From Ancylonema sp. (taxonomy: Eukaryota), in contig JBFLGF010000055.1 in the NCBI GenBank assembly GCA_050230475.1, positions 1 to 64,000 on the forward strand: a stretch of 64,000 nucleotides of DNA, in the 5' to 3' direction. This document shows, piece by piece, positions 1-16,659 of this stretch (position 1 is its first letter; each line of letters starts with the position of its first letter). A program made the translations under genes and the position numbers. The notes under the pieces were generated by a model. That model saw only the letters and a list, made by a program, of their open reading frames with translations, made no database searches and was not told the DNA's origin.

Positions 1-460
1 GGCAACATACGATGTCAAATCTGTTTCATACCTGGTCGTCGGCCTGCCAGACTTCCCTCATCGGGGCAGCCTTCTTGGTGGCTCTTGCTGATACTTACTC
101 TGAAGTTGGGACGTGGGGCTGTAGATTGACGTTCAGATACGCATCGTCGAACGTTTCGACATCGGGAAAGCTATTTTGGCCATAGCAACGTCCTTGAGAG
201 CCTCCTCATTGGTGCTCAGCAGTCCCGGCCGAAGTGTAATCACTAGGTTGGACTCTGAAACCGAAACCGGCTGCATGTGATGCACAACTAATTAGCTAAA
301 CAAACTTCCAGACTGTGGCACGAGGGAATCTTTAGCAGTGCAAAAAAGCAGTTCTCTTAGTCAGTGTCTCCAGCGCAGTGTCTGTTCTCTCGCCAAATCA
401 CACCTCAGATTCCGCTTTTCCCACCAAGTGTGCTGACATCAGCATTCGCCTGTCTCTGTA

Positions 461-978
461 GGCAGGTCCAGGGCCCCGGTCGTCAGTGCCTGCGCCATCC
501 GCCTCCTGGCTGCACGGTGCACGTGCTTCTAGAAAGGCCGGTGGTGCTCAAGGACTTGGCTGTCCGTCCTCACACCACCCCAATATCCATATCTTCCCCT
601 GTGCTGGAAAAGGAGCTAATCCCAGCCGCACCCTCACCACGAGCAGCTGTGCCACGTTCCCCTCGCCCCGCTGGTGATGGGGATCTCATCCCAACGTATC
701 CCTCTCTGCGCGGTACAGACCCCAGCTTGGGCCACCCCGCCTCCTCCTCCTCCTTTGCTTCCTTTTCCAGCCTGCGCCCCACGGAGGAGCAGGCTACCCT
801 GAGGGACGACAGTGCGCCCAGAGCAGTGCTGCACTCACAGCCGGCAGAGATGGAGGACTTGTACCCGGACTCGAACGGGGGGGAAAGCAGCAAGGACAGG
901 GGGGGCGCAGGTTGTAGGTGGTTGGGATTGCAGGGTATAGGAAGATGTAGAGGCAGAGGCGCAGGAGAGATTGAGTGA
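461..978 (+). CDS. Possible Pro/Ser-rich coding exon of an unidentified or decayed gene
   Basis: Open frame 364-978, with a plausible acceptor (ctctgtag) just before 461 and protein-like composition. No recognisable domain; strand and frame are uncertain. Confidence 0.25.
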
Positions 979-3897
979 ACTGTCCTGGAAAAGGGCGCTG
1001 CACTTCTGCTTTGTCAGCAGATGGTCGTACGGGTGGACCCAGTCGTAGGGATCTCCCCAGCCGGGATGATTCGGTATTGGCCACAGGCATAGGGTTGGGA
1101 AATCCGCCCATTTGCCCACCCGACCAGCTGTGGATAGCCAGCCGATCTCCTACGTCAAACCTAAAATCGGGCTGGCATTTGCGGGTGGACTGGGGCAATT
1201 CGCGGTGAGGGGCAGACCTACTCGGAGAATCGGGTTGCTGAGGTACAAAAAATGGTTGTCTCCCTTCGGTTGCACAACAAACATTCGTAATCAGCACACT
1301 TTGGAACGCGGGATTTTTTGTTTATAATGTGTATGTGATAGTGTGCGATAACGTAGCAAACAATTCACGTTATAGAAAACGAAAACAGGGTTCCCGAAGA
1401 TCTGCCAATAGCGAATATTCTCTGTACTATGTGAGATGGCAATGTTTGGTTTTTAAGACACCCGATTTCCAGCCGCCCACCCGTGGGAAGACCCCCCCAA
1501 CTCGCGAATGGCCTGGTTTTTCCGGATGGGGGCCACCCACCCGATCAGTTTTTGAGGTGGGGCACAACCCTATATGGGCATGTCGGACATGCGGAAACGG
1601 CACGTGGTCTTGATCTATGAGATACACACGCATGCCAAAAGTCACTACAAGTAGTGCGGATAGCTCTATGAGAGACACACTTGTAAAATGCTAACGAAAG
1701 TGAATTATAGAGTCCAAAAAAGATTCAAAGAAAGTTACGTGAATCTATAAATTTGTAAAACACTATCTACCAATCATCGCAGACACACGCCTGAAGAGAA
1801 TCTTTTAATAAAGATCTCGCAGTTGCCATAAGACATGGATTTGTGAGCGGGTACATCGACTAAGGAGGATGAAGCCGAGATACACTCGCATGAATCGCGC
1901 AAGCCTGCGCACAATGAAGTGTCATAGGGATACCAAGTGACAAGGACACCAATAGAGGGAGATGGTCCGTTGTGCCAGGACATTGCCTGCCTTACTAGAA
2001 ATCCCGCAATAACTAGATGTTCATAGAGAAGAGCGCACCATTCGTCTAGATTGGGATGAAAGTGTCTCCTTGCGCTCGCTGTCTTCCCCAAAATAGTTTC
2101 ATGTATGGTGTTTGCTTTACATGCGTACCCCCCCAAACACACCAATCTTTGTCACATATTAGTAAGTGTTCACCAAGTATTGTGCTCTTCTTCCATCCTT
2201 CAACCAAACAAATTTTCCGCTTGGTAAGCAAACGACACCTCACCAACACTTGGCATGAGTCTATAGAGCTACAATGAAATAAACCCCCCCGCAAACGCCA
2301 TACAGTCACCCCATTATCGCCTTGCTCCGTGATCCTCACCTCCCCCTTTCTTCCCAACATAGCCACGGACGATGCTAGTCCAGCCACGCAATAACTGCCC
2401 CCATTCTTCTCTACAACCCATTCAGAGGTGGGAGAGGAAGTACAATAAAGCAAATATTTTTGTGCTTGTTCGAAAGAAGCCTTCACAACTCCTCATTTGT
2501 GTACACTACTCTCTCACAACTTCGCATTAATGTCCTGTATATAATATCTCCTAATACAGTGGTGCTCTTGGGAATCCTACACACATAGAAGTATACTCAA
2601 ATTCGCCCCAACTGCTTGTTTGTTACCCATACTTGATTATCGGATACGTGCGAACAATTTTATGTCGGTGTTTTGAAAGTTTTGAAACGGATTCAGGATG
2701 ATTGAAAGTGATTCAGAGTTTTTACAACATCTCTACCGCATTCACGTATTTGAGACTCATTATGCAATAACACGAGTTCATGGATTCTTCCATTCTTAAA
2801 TTGAGCCAAGACCCGAGTGGTGGCAACACTAAATTGTCGCAGTGTTTCCACTCTATATTGTTGATGATTCACTATCAGTTAATATTTTACTAGCCTTGTC
2901 ATGGTGCGGACCTGTAAATGGCGAGATTTCAATCTGAAAAGGTCTTTAGCATGATTGTCATACTACTTGGGGACTCCGCATCGAATTATTGTATGTGTAG
3001 GAAGGTAATGTGAGCATGCAGATGTATACAAGAGAGAAGAAAACGTAAACAAAAATTATGTCATAATGACACTGAGTAAGACTGACTTCCCACAAAAACA
3101 ATATCCTGATCTACCAAAGGAGACAAATGGTAAATTCATAGCATTATTTATTTGCTTTTGATTGGTTGTTTCTACATATCGTTTTTAGATTCTAAAAAAA
3201 AAAAAAATGCATAGCTTGCCCCGAGATGGTATGGCTTCTTTGATGTTAATTGTCGCTCGAGGGCATTCATGTGTCAATGGGATGATACCACCACGTCTCT
3301 CTTCGCCGCTATGGTAAGAAGTATGTAAAGGATTCCGATGTATAATGACTTTTTGCAACAATGTGTCCCTCAAAATTGTGGCCTTTCCTCCAAGGTCATC
3401 GGGGATCTGTCGAAACAACATTGTAAATGACGACATCATTTACATACGCTTCTGCAATACACTATGAGTTGTGGAAAGGTAATAAAGAAATAAAGACCAA
3501 CTTGAAACTCAACATGTTGAATAATTGAGATTATGTACTTTTTGATATTACACCGAGAGAGATACTACACAGTTCCTCTTCGAAAAAAAAGTGAGATGGA
3601 ACACTGCCCTTGACAAATTTAGTCAAGTACGTCCTAATGATTCTGCTCAGCAACTCATCCTCGAGTAAGTGATGAAGCATCATTTTCTTATGTGCAAGGC
3701 CAAGTCAATATGAAGACTCGCATGTCTCACTTGGCGAGACGCCAACATCGTATGTCCATTGGACCAGCTCTGAAACAATATCCAATGAAAGGTACATAGG
3801 TGGATGCAGACTCGCACTCTGTCAATTGCTCGGGCCCGAAGAACTGGCTTCGTGCCAACTTCTGGGTCATGTTGCCTTCGAAAATGCAGTTCTGCAC

Positions 3898-4321
3898 TCA
3901 GACTATGGTGTCACCCACACAGACTGTGCCTACTGGTGTGCGACTTTCGACAACGTCCGTTTGCACAATCGCTGCTTGTTGTAGCAAAACGACACTTTCG
4001 TGTGGTGCTGCGAAAGAAACTCGACACAGTGGGCACGTGCTGTTCGTCTGGAGCCACGTTTGCAGGCAGTCAGCATGGAAGCTGTGCTGGCATGGTGTGA
4101 GCTGCAGCTTATCTTTTGGCTCGTAATCGATGAGGCAGACAGAGCAGCTGCAGCGACATCGAGAATCCGTAGTTACTACTATGCATCACTGCTGTGTACG
4201 TGAAGGAACATGCACATTTCAGCTTACCAACTGTCCCCGCTCTTTGTCAATTGGCCCTCTGAAAACTCCGAAATTGGAAATGAGTCTGAAATGATCCGGA
4301 GGGCTGAGGCAGTCGGCTGTT
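3898..4321 (-). CDS. RING-H2 (ATL-like) E3 ubiquitin ligase, last two exons; 5' part lost at the N join at 4322
   Basis: Manual translation: exon 4321-4228 (..DSFPISEFSEGQLTKSGDS), GT-AG intron, then exon 4147-3898 CSVCLIDYEPKDKLQLTPCQHSFHADCLQTWLQTNSTCPLCR...TIV*. This is a complete C3H2C3 RING-H2 motif. It is absent from the ORF track because no start codon is present. Confidence 0.9.
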
Positions 4322-4429
4322 NACAGGTCGGCGTGCGGTCCAGCCACCTGCTCGGACGGCGATTGGCCTTTTTTGCAGAGGTGCCACGTGAAGTGGCACC
4401 TCTGTGGCCAATTCAAGGGAGTCCGATCT

Positions 4430-4680
4430 CGCCTCGAGTGTGTCCTACACGGTAAGATAAGTAAGATGCAGTCAAGGTATATCTGCACGGGACGCGTATC
4501 GGATACGCGATACAATACGATACGATTAGACACGCCGAGACGAGACGATACGGCGCGTCGGCGATTTTTGCTCCATATCGCGGCTTTCCGATACGTCTTC
4601 TTAAATATCGTGCCGAAACAACTTATCGTGTCGGACACACGATACGCGTATCTTACCGAACTTGTGTACATGGGGTAAAT
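4430..4680. mobile_element. Probable end of a non-autonomous DNA transposon (MITE-like)
   Basis: Dense GATACG/CGTATC subterminal motifs ending in ...CTTGTGTACATGGGG followed by TAA. Only one end is visible. Confidence 0.3.
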
Positions 4681-5392
4681 ACACCTTCAAAACAAAAGTT
4701 ATCATTTATGACGAAAAAAATTTACCGCACAATTTCATCCCGGGACAAAAAAAAGTAATTTAAAAAAAAAGATTTTTTTTAAATATGAAAATGGGACGCG
4801 GCACGTATCAAATCGAATCGTCTCGGACATCAAGCATATCGAAGAGACGAGGTGCCATATCGTGCAACTAGGAGTGTGTCGGACAATATACAATCGGGTG
4901 CCTCTATGGTGATTTATGGGGGAAGGGGTGAATGTGCTTATACGATGGATGATGCGGGTGCGGGTATTTTGTGTTCTTGAACCATGTTTGACACATGCGT
5001 GGAATTTTACCCCGGTTCCTAGTCGACGTCAGCACGTGTTACGACGTTATATTTCCGATATTGGCATAGAATCGCCCTTTTTGGTGTGCCCATAACGTGG
5101 TGTGCTGCTTATCATAAAGACGATTTGGCGGGGGAGAGTCGGTAACGCCGTTTTATTGCCTATAACGAGGCTGTGCCACTAACGAGTATTACCGAAACTG
5201 TGAACGCTTTAAACGGCAAATGTTTGTTTCTTCAACAGGACACACCACCAAATGCACTAGCTGCATCCGCAAGGCAGCGCATAACGCAGGCGATTAAACA
5301 GCTGTAGGCTGTCACCGTATTCTAGATCGCTTCCACGTTTTACAACTGGTTCCAAAAAACGTACAAAATTTACATTGCATCAGGATATTAAA

Positions 5393-8417
<3,025 letters not shown>

Positions 8418-8703
8418 TTCACTCGCTTGAAAATGTACAGTCTGGACAGAGAAGTGTGAAGTAGAGAAAATTGTAAAGGATTACACTTTCATGTCTTGTT
8501 CAAATGACATTTTGTTCATTTGGTAACTTGTGCAATCATTTTCTAGGCTATGTCAATAAGAATGGGTATAACATGGATGACAAATGCAGTCCTGAAGTTG
8601 CAGAAACCATTGTCAGCCATCCCGGGGGTGGCATTCCTCAAGCTATGCTGTACCAAGAAGTATGTACGATAAACTATCGTATAGTTCCGAGTAGAACTGA
8701 GCA

Positions 8704-11261
8704 TTAATCCGCGTCCATGTCCTCATTCAGAGAGGCCTCGGCAGATGCCTTCACTGCTTGCAGCAGGTCTGCCGGTATCTGCAGCACACGATCCAACCCA
8801 CTCAATTTCTGACTTACACCCAGAGGCCGTCGTCACATTCTGTCTCCACCACATTATCGACATTCAAAAGCTGATGTGTCGAGGATCATTTTATTCCTAT
8901 ATACTGGTTGCAGCGATGCTGAGATATACATACTGTATCAGTGACTTCTGAACTCCAGAGCTGGTCTGCTGCACGGGTAGAAACAAATCTGCAATTGGCT
9001 CCAAAATTCTTACCCTCACAAACTGCCGGTCGGACTCATCGCACACCCAGCTCATCTCCAGCTCGAATTCCTTGTCCTTCGCCTCGTCATGGACCCCATA
9101 AATGCTGCACCACCCACATTCGAGCACCCGTGTTTCGGTACTCAGAAATGACTCTCGCAAATGGAAATCCTAAATCTTTAAATCCTTTGCAGAAATCTTG
9201 CAGACCAGCAGCTGAGAGGTGGTAAATAATCATCAACCTCTGCTACCTTGCGTAGAAAATGGCGGCAAGTCCAGTCGACTCACATCTTAGCTACAGCGTG
9301 AGCACCCTCCCGGCACGTCATCTCCTCCAGTTTTAGCTTCTCTATTTCTCTGCATCAAGATTTGGCGAAGTCGGACAGGTCAGAACAGTCGGCAATCAAG
9401 AAAGGTGGAGTGGTGTTGACAGGAGTTTTCTGACATCTTTGAAGCTTACGTCTTTGCTGCTTGTCGCCCTTTTCCGATTGCTGTGCCAAAGTATTTCTGC
9501 CAACATTACATAGCAGCGAGGGTGAGATCAGAAATAAACTTCATCACATTCTTCTGCTCGAGAATCTCGAAGGGTTGCAAAGGGACGCAAACGTATCATC
9601 TGCCAGATCAACAACCTGCATGCCATTCATACTCCCCCTCGAATATGTCCCACATTCCATTCCACATACGCTCTACTCACTGAGAGTTGTTAAGCTGTTC
9701 AGATACTTACAAAGCTGACGCCAGAAGGCTCAACCATGTACAGATGTGGCCCGTCTTGGTCGTACCCTCCGAGAATCACAGACACTCCACAGGGTCTGTA
9801 AGCACAACCATTGCAGCTGAGTCATCAGGCACGTTGAAACTGCATGGGAGACAGCAGCATGGACCGGTTCTTGTGGGCCAGACCTGCATCTGGGCAGTGA
9901 GAAGGGAGAGGCGAACCCTACCTTGTCCACCAGTAAAGCGTGAAGAGATGTACATAGCTGGCGACACGCTCGCAGAGCACCTGAATGCCAACCTTGGCCC
10001 CATATTGGCTGCAAGAGTTTGAAGATGTGAGTCAGATCCCTAACACTACACACAGATATCACAGCCTATGGAAACAACCAACCAACCAACCAAACACTCA
10101 GATCATTATGATCGTACAACATTCCAACAATAGAGAACCCGAGCCAGGATTTCAATCCGTGGTCACCACAAGGTAGGCCCGCAGGAAAGTGAAGGTGGCT
10201 ACCTTTTGTAACCACTGGCTTCAGCACGCGCTCTGCTAACGATCTGCCGACCATCCGCCACCAAGCCAGCCATGGCCTGGGCAACGAGCGAGAATGGAAG
10301 AGTATCAGACACTTAAATACGCTCTACAGTGAAAGAGCTATCGTTCCCGTTACGTCTGAGATAGAAAATACATACCTTCTGGGCCGTTTCGACCTTCAGA
10401 TTATAAACACACACAGGGTAAAAGGAACAAAAAGTTGTTTACCAGGCCGGCGTGGCGATCTACAGCGTGAATTCGCCGATTGGATCCCTCCACGAGCATC
10501 TTCGAGACAATCAGCTTCTCCACACCCTGCCCACCGGGAGTCATAACGGGAAAAACAGTTGCAGAACTCATGAGACCAGGGCGTACAACCTCCCACGATG
10601 ATAAGCAGTGCAAATCCGTGACTAGACAAATAGCAGCCCGCACACTGCATCACATGCATCAACTTCTTGGTTAGCCGGGTTCGTCAACTTACCAAAACAA
10701 TTCCGTCCTTGCATTTGATTCCGATTGCCGTCCTGCAACACCGACACAGTGAAATCGTACAGCGACAGCCTCTGACATCAGCTCCACTCTAAGCATGGAC
10801 TCCAAATTTCTGCAAATTTAAGTCGAGATCAAACCAACAAGACATTAATGCTGTCAACAGATCCTCTATCTATCCTCAGCACTCTGTATATGATTGATGA
10901 ACATGAACGAAGTATCATCTCCACGGATTACCACTGACTTTCCGGCGGTAAATCAGGACAGCATAGGTGAACTCCATATTCCGACAATTAACTCTCACCC
11001 GCTGTTGTCCACTGCTTTGTTTGCATACTCGGACTGAAATATGCGGCCATCTGGCGAGTATGTCGTTACGGACAGATCATACTGCTCCCAAGTCAAGCAA
11101 ACAGACAACCACGATTAAGACATAAGAGTTCAACTGTGTCAAATTACAGACTGCACCTGAGTAGTAACCTTGTTTAGAGAATAATATCCAACATTTATTT
11201 CCAAATAAAGATGCAGCCTATGTCAGAGAGAGTAGCTTACTCCTGTCCCGATACTACTCAT
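8704..11261 (-). CDS. PAG1: 20S proteasome subunit alpha-7 (PSMA3 type), 11 exons
   Basis: Exon 1 11261-11241 MSSIGTG; exon 2 11081-10999 [28 protein letters not shown]. Later exons include [57 protein letters not shown], and end in EDMDAD-TAA at 8706-8704. Confidence 0.96.
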
Positions 11262-11769
11262 AATGCGACGCGATACCAGGAAAAACTCGTTCGGTTGCTT
11301 CGATCTCCACGGTCTTTCAAACCCCCGCTTATAGTAAATTCGGGGTAGAAACAATGAGTGTTACTCCTAGAAAACGTAACACTCTCTATGACGCTGGGCG
11401 CAAAGCAGCCATGAACCCCGGGCTATGAGGACGGGCAGGGTAAGCAGCACCTGGATTTCGATGGATATAACGAGCTAACGAATGGAACGAGAGAAACAAC
11501 AAGTTTATTGTAACCGAACGACGGGATTCCCATCCTGTTACAACGAAAAAGTGTCCGATGCAAGTGAACAAACCGAATAAATGTACTCACGCACGGTTAG
11601 AACGGGCTGGATGGGGCTGGGTGATGCTCGGCACGTGCAAAAATAGTTGAGAAGAGAGAGTGGTAGAGGGTGTGGTAAAGAGAAAGTGTCTGTTATTGAA
11701 AAACGACAAAAACCCCATCTCATTACAAGAACGTGCCTGTAAAGAAACTACGTATCCTAAAAACGACAA

Positions 11770-13098
11770 AAATTGGAGCCGATCGTTCTGGCCAAAACTA
11801 GCAACAATATGCAACTCCGAAGAAGAAAGTGGAACGCGTGGTGGTGGGTGGGGAAAAAAGGCCATGGATTGCTCTAGAAGTAGGGTTCTAGCATGTATCG
11901 CATGTGCTAGCGACCGTTGCAATGCATTCGACACTCTTTGACGGAACCATGTGCACAACAAGCTAATGGACAGCCGTGATCCTGCACACTCCCTAGAAGC
12001 TAACGTGGCACACTCGACCAAAAATCGATCCGACCTATCAGACGATGCACCGTACGTCTCAAGAGCAAAGGGCACAAATTTTGTCCCAGCTACGCGATAT
12101 CGATAGTGGGTTTCCTTCCTTTACTCCGCATCTGTGGGAGCGACGAGAACCTATCTAGCGGCGCGCTCCACCAAATCACGACGAGTAGGGTCTGCAACAA
12201 CAATGTCGATCAAAGTGTGCCCCACTGCAGCATCCGAAATCAAAATATCTACACGCCCTCCGCGCCCCCCAGGAGCCGATGCAGGGAGGAAGACAGTGCG
12301 CTCCCGATGCGCGTGGTGGCGCGACTCACGAATGATGTGGTGAACCGCATCGCGCAGAGAATCATGCGATGAAGGGCGCTCGCCTCCACGAGCGCAGCGC
12401 GAAAGGTGGGTCCCAGAAGATCCAACCGGTGGCCACATAAAGATGCCGCATACGTCGCCAGACAGGAATGTGGAAGGCCAAGACGAAGACGCAAAGGTGT
12501 CACGAAGAGAGGGGTGGGAAATTGAAGGGTAGGAAGGATAGGTGTTGCTGGTAGCCAATGCCCCGCCCCCGCGCCACTCGTAGACCGAATCCGGGCCCTT
12601 GAAGAGCCCGCTCTCGCGAGAACATCAACGAATTTGATGGCATAGTTGGCGACATGAAGGGCAACGTGGAGTCGGGGGGAGGGAGTGGAGACCAAGACAT
12701 CGAAAGGAGGCAGCACCTCACGAGCCTTGGGGTGTAGCTCATTCCTCGCCGCGCAAAGAGCCTGCTCCGTAGGTAAGGCCCCTAACTCAACATCGTGTAG
12801 AATGAGACCAAGAGACTCGCCATGGTGCTAAAAAGCTGACAAAAGTGCAGGCGCGGCGAGCGCTAACTATCCCAAAAATGCAATGGGGGCTAGAACCGTG
12901 GTACTCGTATTGGAATGCTGGCTGACGAAGCTCCCACTCGGGCAAGACGGGAACCCCCCTGAGAGATCCACAAGTACCACCTGGCACAAGACACCATCAT
13001 AGTCCCTCAAACACTCTAGAAACGCCGGAGTCGGGGGGCACGACCGAATTAGGTAAGAAGGTCGTTAAGCGAACACCTGCGGGTAAAGGCGTTGAGTT
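11770..13098 (-). mobile_element. Decayed non-LTR retrotransposon 3' half with restriction-like endonuclease (CRE/R2-group)
   Basis: Frameshifted pieces encode a C-H-C knuckle (LCGHRLDLLG/THLSRC...HD), a PD-(D/E)xK-like GRVDILISDAAVGHTLIDIVVADP, and FVPFALETYG...WFRQRVSNALQR. The element continues at 21970-22200 on the far side of the gypsy insertion. Confidence 0.75.
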
Positions 13099-14059
13099 TG
13101 TCGTACCGAAAACGATCGTGTGCCTATATGATGATATAGAGAGGGAAACAAGCATTGGTGCTTAAACGATAAAAGTGCTTATACAATGATAACACTTGTT
13201 CAAACGAATGAACGCGATTTAAATTAGGGTTATGGTATGCACCCACGGGGATACCTAACTTTACGTCTCTATTTGGCACGCGCGCCAATCAATTTGGGAA
13301 AGTAAGTTTCGGTGTTCTAACTAAGGTCTTAGTTAGTATCGATCGCAAGACGCGCTCCGCCATTTACGGCGCCTGACAAGCTGACATTGTCGGCAGACCT
13401 GTCGGACGGCACGTAGCTACACACTACAAAAGTTACACCTATGCTTGCGTACACCACAAATTGGGCATTAGACGTCCACGTAAACGGACAGGGTGCTAAA
13501 AATATATGCACTTACGATAGTGCCAAAGTATTTGTAGTTTTGGACACCCCATATATGCATTTGCTGCGATCGTTTACAGACGCCAGCAATGCATATGTAC
13601 AAATCAGAGCAGTCTTGTGGTAGCCATGCATTGTACCTAGTTGCAATATTGATGTACATGACGAGTACATTGTTATACTTGGCTAGGAATGCATTAGCCT
13701 AGATGTCGGTGCAGCCGCCTAGCGGTGCCCCGAAGAAGATGCTGACCAAGCAGGCCCAGGGTAGAGGCAGAGACTATATATCCTAGGAAGGTGCTCCTCA
13801 GACCTTAACAGGTCTTTGTAGACCTCGGGAATCGCTGAACAAACCTTGACTCGAACCATCGTGTATTAAGCATTTGTGAAGTGAATTCGGCTGGTGATAT
13901 ATAATTGCAATTGAATTTCCTGAATTGATTGAGAATTTTGAAGAGATATAACCTTTATTGTTTCGAACACATTACGTTCAGTCCGTACGGCATTGCCTTG
14001 CCACAGGACACTTACAAAGACCTGTTTATAATTTTCGTCTAAAAAATAAATACATCAAG

Positions 14060-16517
14060 ATGACTACGAGTTTAGAGAAACTATACTCAGGAGATGGGGG
14101 TAATGCCCAACGAATTTTCATTAAAGATGCACAGGTTGGCTGGAGAGCGATTCTGAATGACCCACAACGTCACCTTGGTGGAGGAGTAGCTCAGTATGAC
14201 TACATGGACACCCTCTACCATCTACTTGGGGGACAGGCTCATAGGCTATTGGACCTTTTCATGGACAAGTGGAGTTGGACCAAAGATGACAACCCCTACA
14301 TTCTAGAAGCAGCTATAGCCAGGGAAGAAGATCGAGCGGTCTAGAGGAACTACTACAAGAAATCAGTCTTCAATCTGAAACATGTGTACATGGTCGACAC
14401 GACGGGTATGCCTACGCGACCAGATCTGCTGCCTGATCCTATCCAGGAGCTTGCAGATTTGGAGGAATTCTTGGCGATCATCCGGTCTGCGTTTCAGATG
14501 GCATCAACCGCCTTCTTTGAGGACCTGCACGCTTTTCGGGCGCATCCTAGAGAGTCGTTGGTAAAGTTGGCCGATCGATTCGATGAAGTGGCGGAGCCAC
14601 TCCTTACCGCAGGACTGATGACCACACGTGGGCTGGCTCTCAACCTGCGGGAGCACATTCCCCCTCAAATCAGGAAGGCAACAAGAGGAGCCATGATGAG
14701 GGAGGACATGCGACGTTTCAAGAATGGCGATCCACTGGTTGACACGGATGAGTTGCTGAAGATGGCTGAGGACAGCGAGGCTTTCTCGCTGGAGTTTGAG
14801 ACGAAGCAGCGTGCTGCAGGCCTGACCCTTGATGCTCGGGACACGGAGATTGGGCATACAACGCCGATCCACCCTAAAGCGCCACCTCGTCCTATGGAGG
14901 ACAGATTGGGGGGGAGAGACATCAAGGATCGGCTCGGCAGCAGACCATATCATGCCCCTGATATGAGGGAATGTATCCAGTGCAAGAAGATAGGGCACAC
15001 CGCCAAGAACTGCCCTGAGCTACCTCGTACTATTCTGCCGGGACCACCTCCATCCCATCCGCAAATGATTCCCTTGGACAGCCTGGCCGCGCATAAGACT
15101 AATGGGGCGGTTTGTTCTGCGTGCAAGAAACCGGGACACGTGGAAGCACAGTGCTGGGCTACGCACCCTGAACTCCTTCCTACCGAGTTGCTAAAGAAGA
15201 GACAAGCAGCAATGAATGTCAACAATCGGAAGCGGATCAAAGCAGCGGAGTACACAAGTCCGAACTACCAATTCCAGGGCATGGCGCTGACATACCATCG
15301 CGCTGCCATTGCAATGATGCAGCGGAGATCGACTCGAACACCTGTGCCTACACTACAAGCCAGGGAATCCGCGGAGCAGAACACTGCACGACGAGTGCAT
15401 TTCTCTCCATCTGCAACCCCGGAAGTGCCAACAGTGGTCAACATTACCGATCAGCGACAAGCTGACCCTTTGACCACCCCACCAAAACCAGTCCGCCTCC
15501 CTCATGTGTCTGGAGTTCCAGATCAGTATGCATACAAGGAAACACTACCCCAGTCTTTCCCCCATGGCCTCCCCTCGTCCAGCTTGGAGCCGGGCACTAT
15601 AGATCGACAGTACCCCCCAACCACGTTGTTCCCGCAACCACCAATGGGGGAACAAGAAGAGCTGCTGATGGAGACGCCGTTACAGACAATGGCGCATCTG
15701 CGCAATGCAACGAGAAATTTGCAACAACTGGTGGGAGAACTGGCGGCCAGTCTTTGGAGAAAAGCCACAGACCAGGAACGGCATTTCCCGCAACAACACT
15801 TTCCAGCGGAACGCGAGATGCTGCTACCCGCTGTAGCAGAAGCAGATCGACAACGATCACATTCTACCCCAGTCTACTTCTCCACTCAGGACGGCATCCT
15901 AGACGTGGAGGGCTACGTGCCGACGGAGAGTGTCCTGGACACGGGAGCCTCAAAGGTGATGCTCAGTAAGAAATTCGCTGCTGCGATGCACATACACTCT
16001 CAAGCGCTCCAGAGGGGGGTAGAAGAGTTTGTTACTGCCAGCGGAGCGATCGAAATGCCGCTGGGCGTCACAAGAATAAGCTAAAATTCACGCTGGGTAG
16101 AGGAACAGACAAGCTGTGCGTGGTGGAACTCCATGCAACCATGGTCGACACTACAGCTTTTACGACGTGATTCTCGGGATGGAGTTTGTCACGGCAGTTA
16201 GGGGAGCGTACGACGCATACACCGAGAAGTTCACTTATCGATGGGGCGATGCTGAGAGTGGGCTGCAACCCCATGCCATTTTTGCGCCATGCCATACATC
16301 AACGCCACCAGTGGTGGCCTACGCCTGCTTCGAAGGCCTGCTCAGTAGTGCAGCAGAGCTACAAGACGTGGTTGGAGCAGGGGACAACACCATCCCGGAG
16401 GACGACTCCTGGGGATTCCACACCTCTCCGACACATCTTGCAGCGGCGCAGCTAAGTTTGCTGTCACAGGCATGTTATGCAGCAGATGCGGTAAGGGTGA
16501 CGATGGACCTGACATGA
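14060..16517 (+). pseudogene. gag (two CCHC knuckles) plus aspartic protease of the gypsy element
   Basis: ATG 14060 is in frame with the 566-aa ORF across one TAG (14342). Motifs: CIQCKKIGHTAKNC, CSACKKPGHVEAQC, VLDTGASKVMLS, then YDVILGMEF after a frameshift. Confidence 0.9.
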
Positions 16518-16659
16518 AGGGAGAATGCCGTGGTCAGGTTGGTAGCCGTCACCCCTCTTACCCTTTCACCCTTACTACCTACATCCAGATGGTTAGGGGG
16601 GATAGTTGAAGGAGCGTCACCAATTAACACTGCCACTAGACAATTCAGTTCTCAAGCCA

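Noticed and set aside
31..271. AG/GT-bounded exon-like segment on the minus strand
   Set aside because: All three frames contain stops and no domain was recognised.
1700..3750. Stop-interrupted coding-like stretches, possibly an old transposon
   Set aside because: No recognisable motif or termini; cannot be supported without a search.
5085..5200. Repeated TAACG motifs upstream of RPT4 as a proteasome regulatory element
   Set aside because: Short motifs with no clear matching cluster upstream of PAG1; could equally be a transposon remnant.
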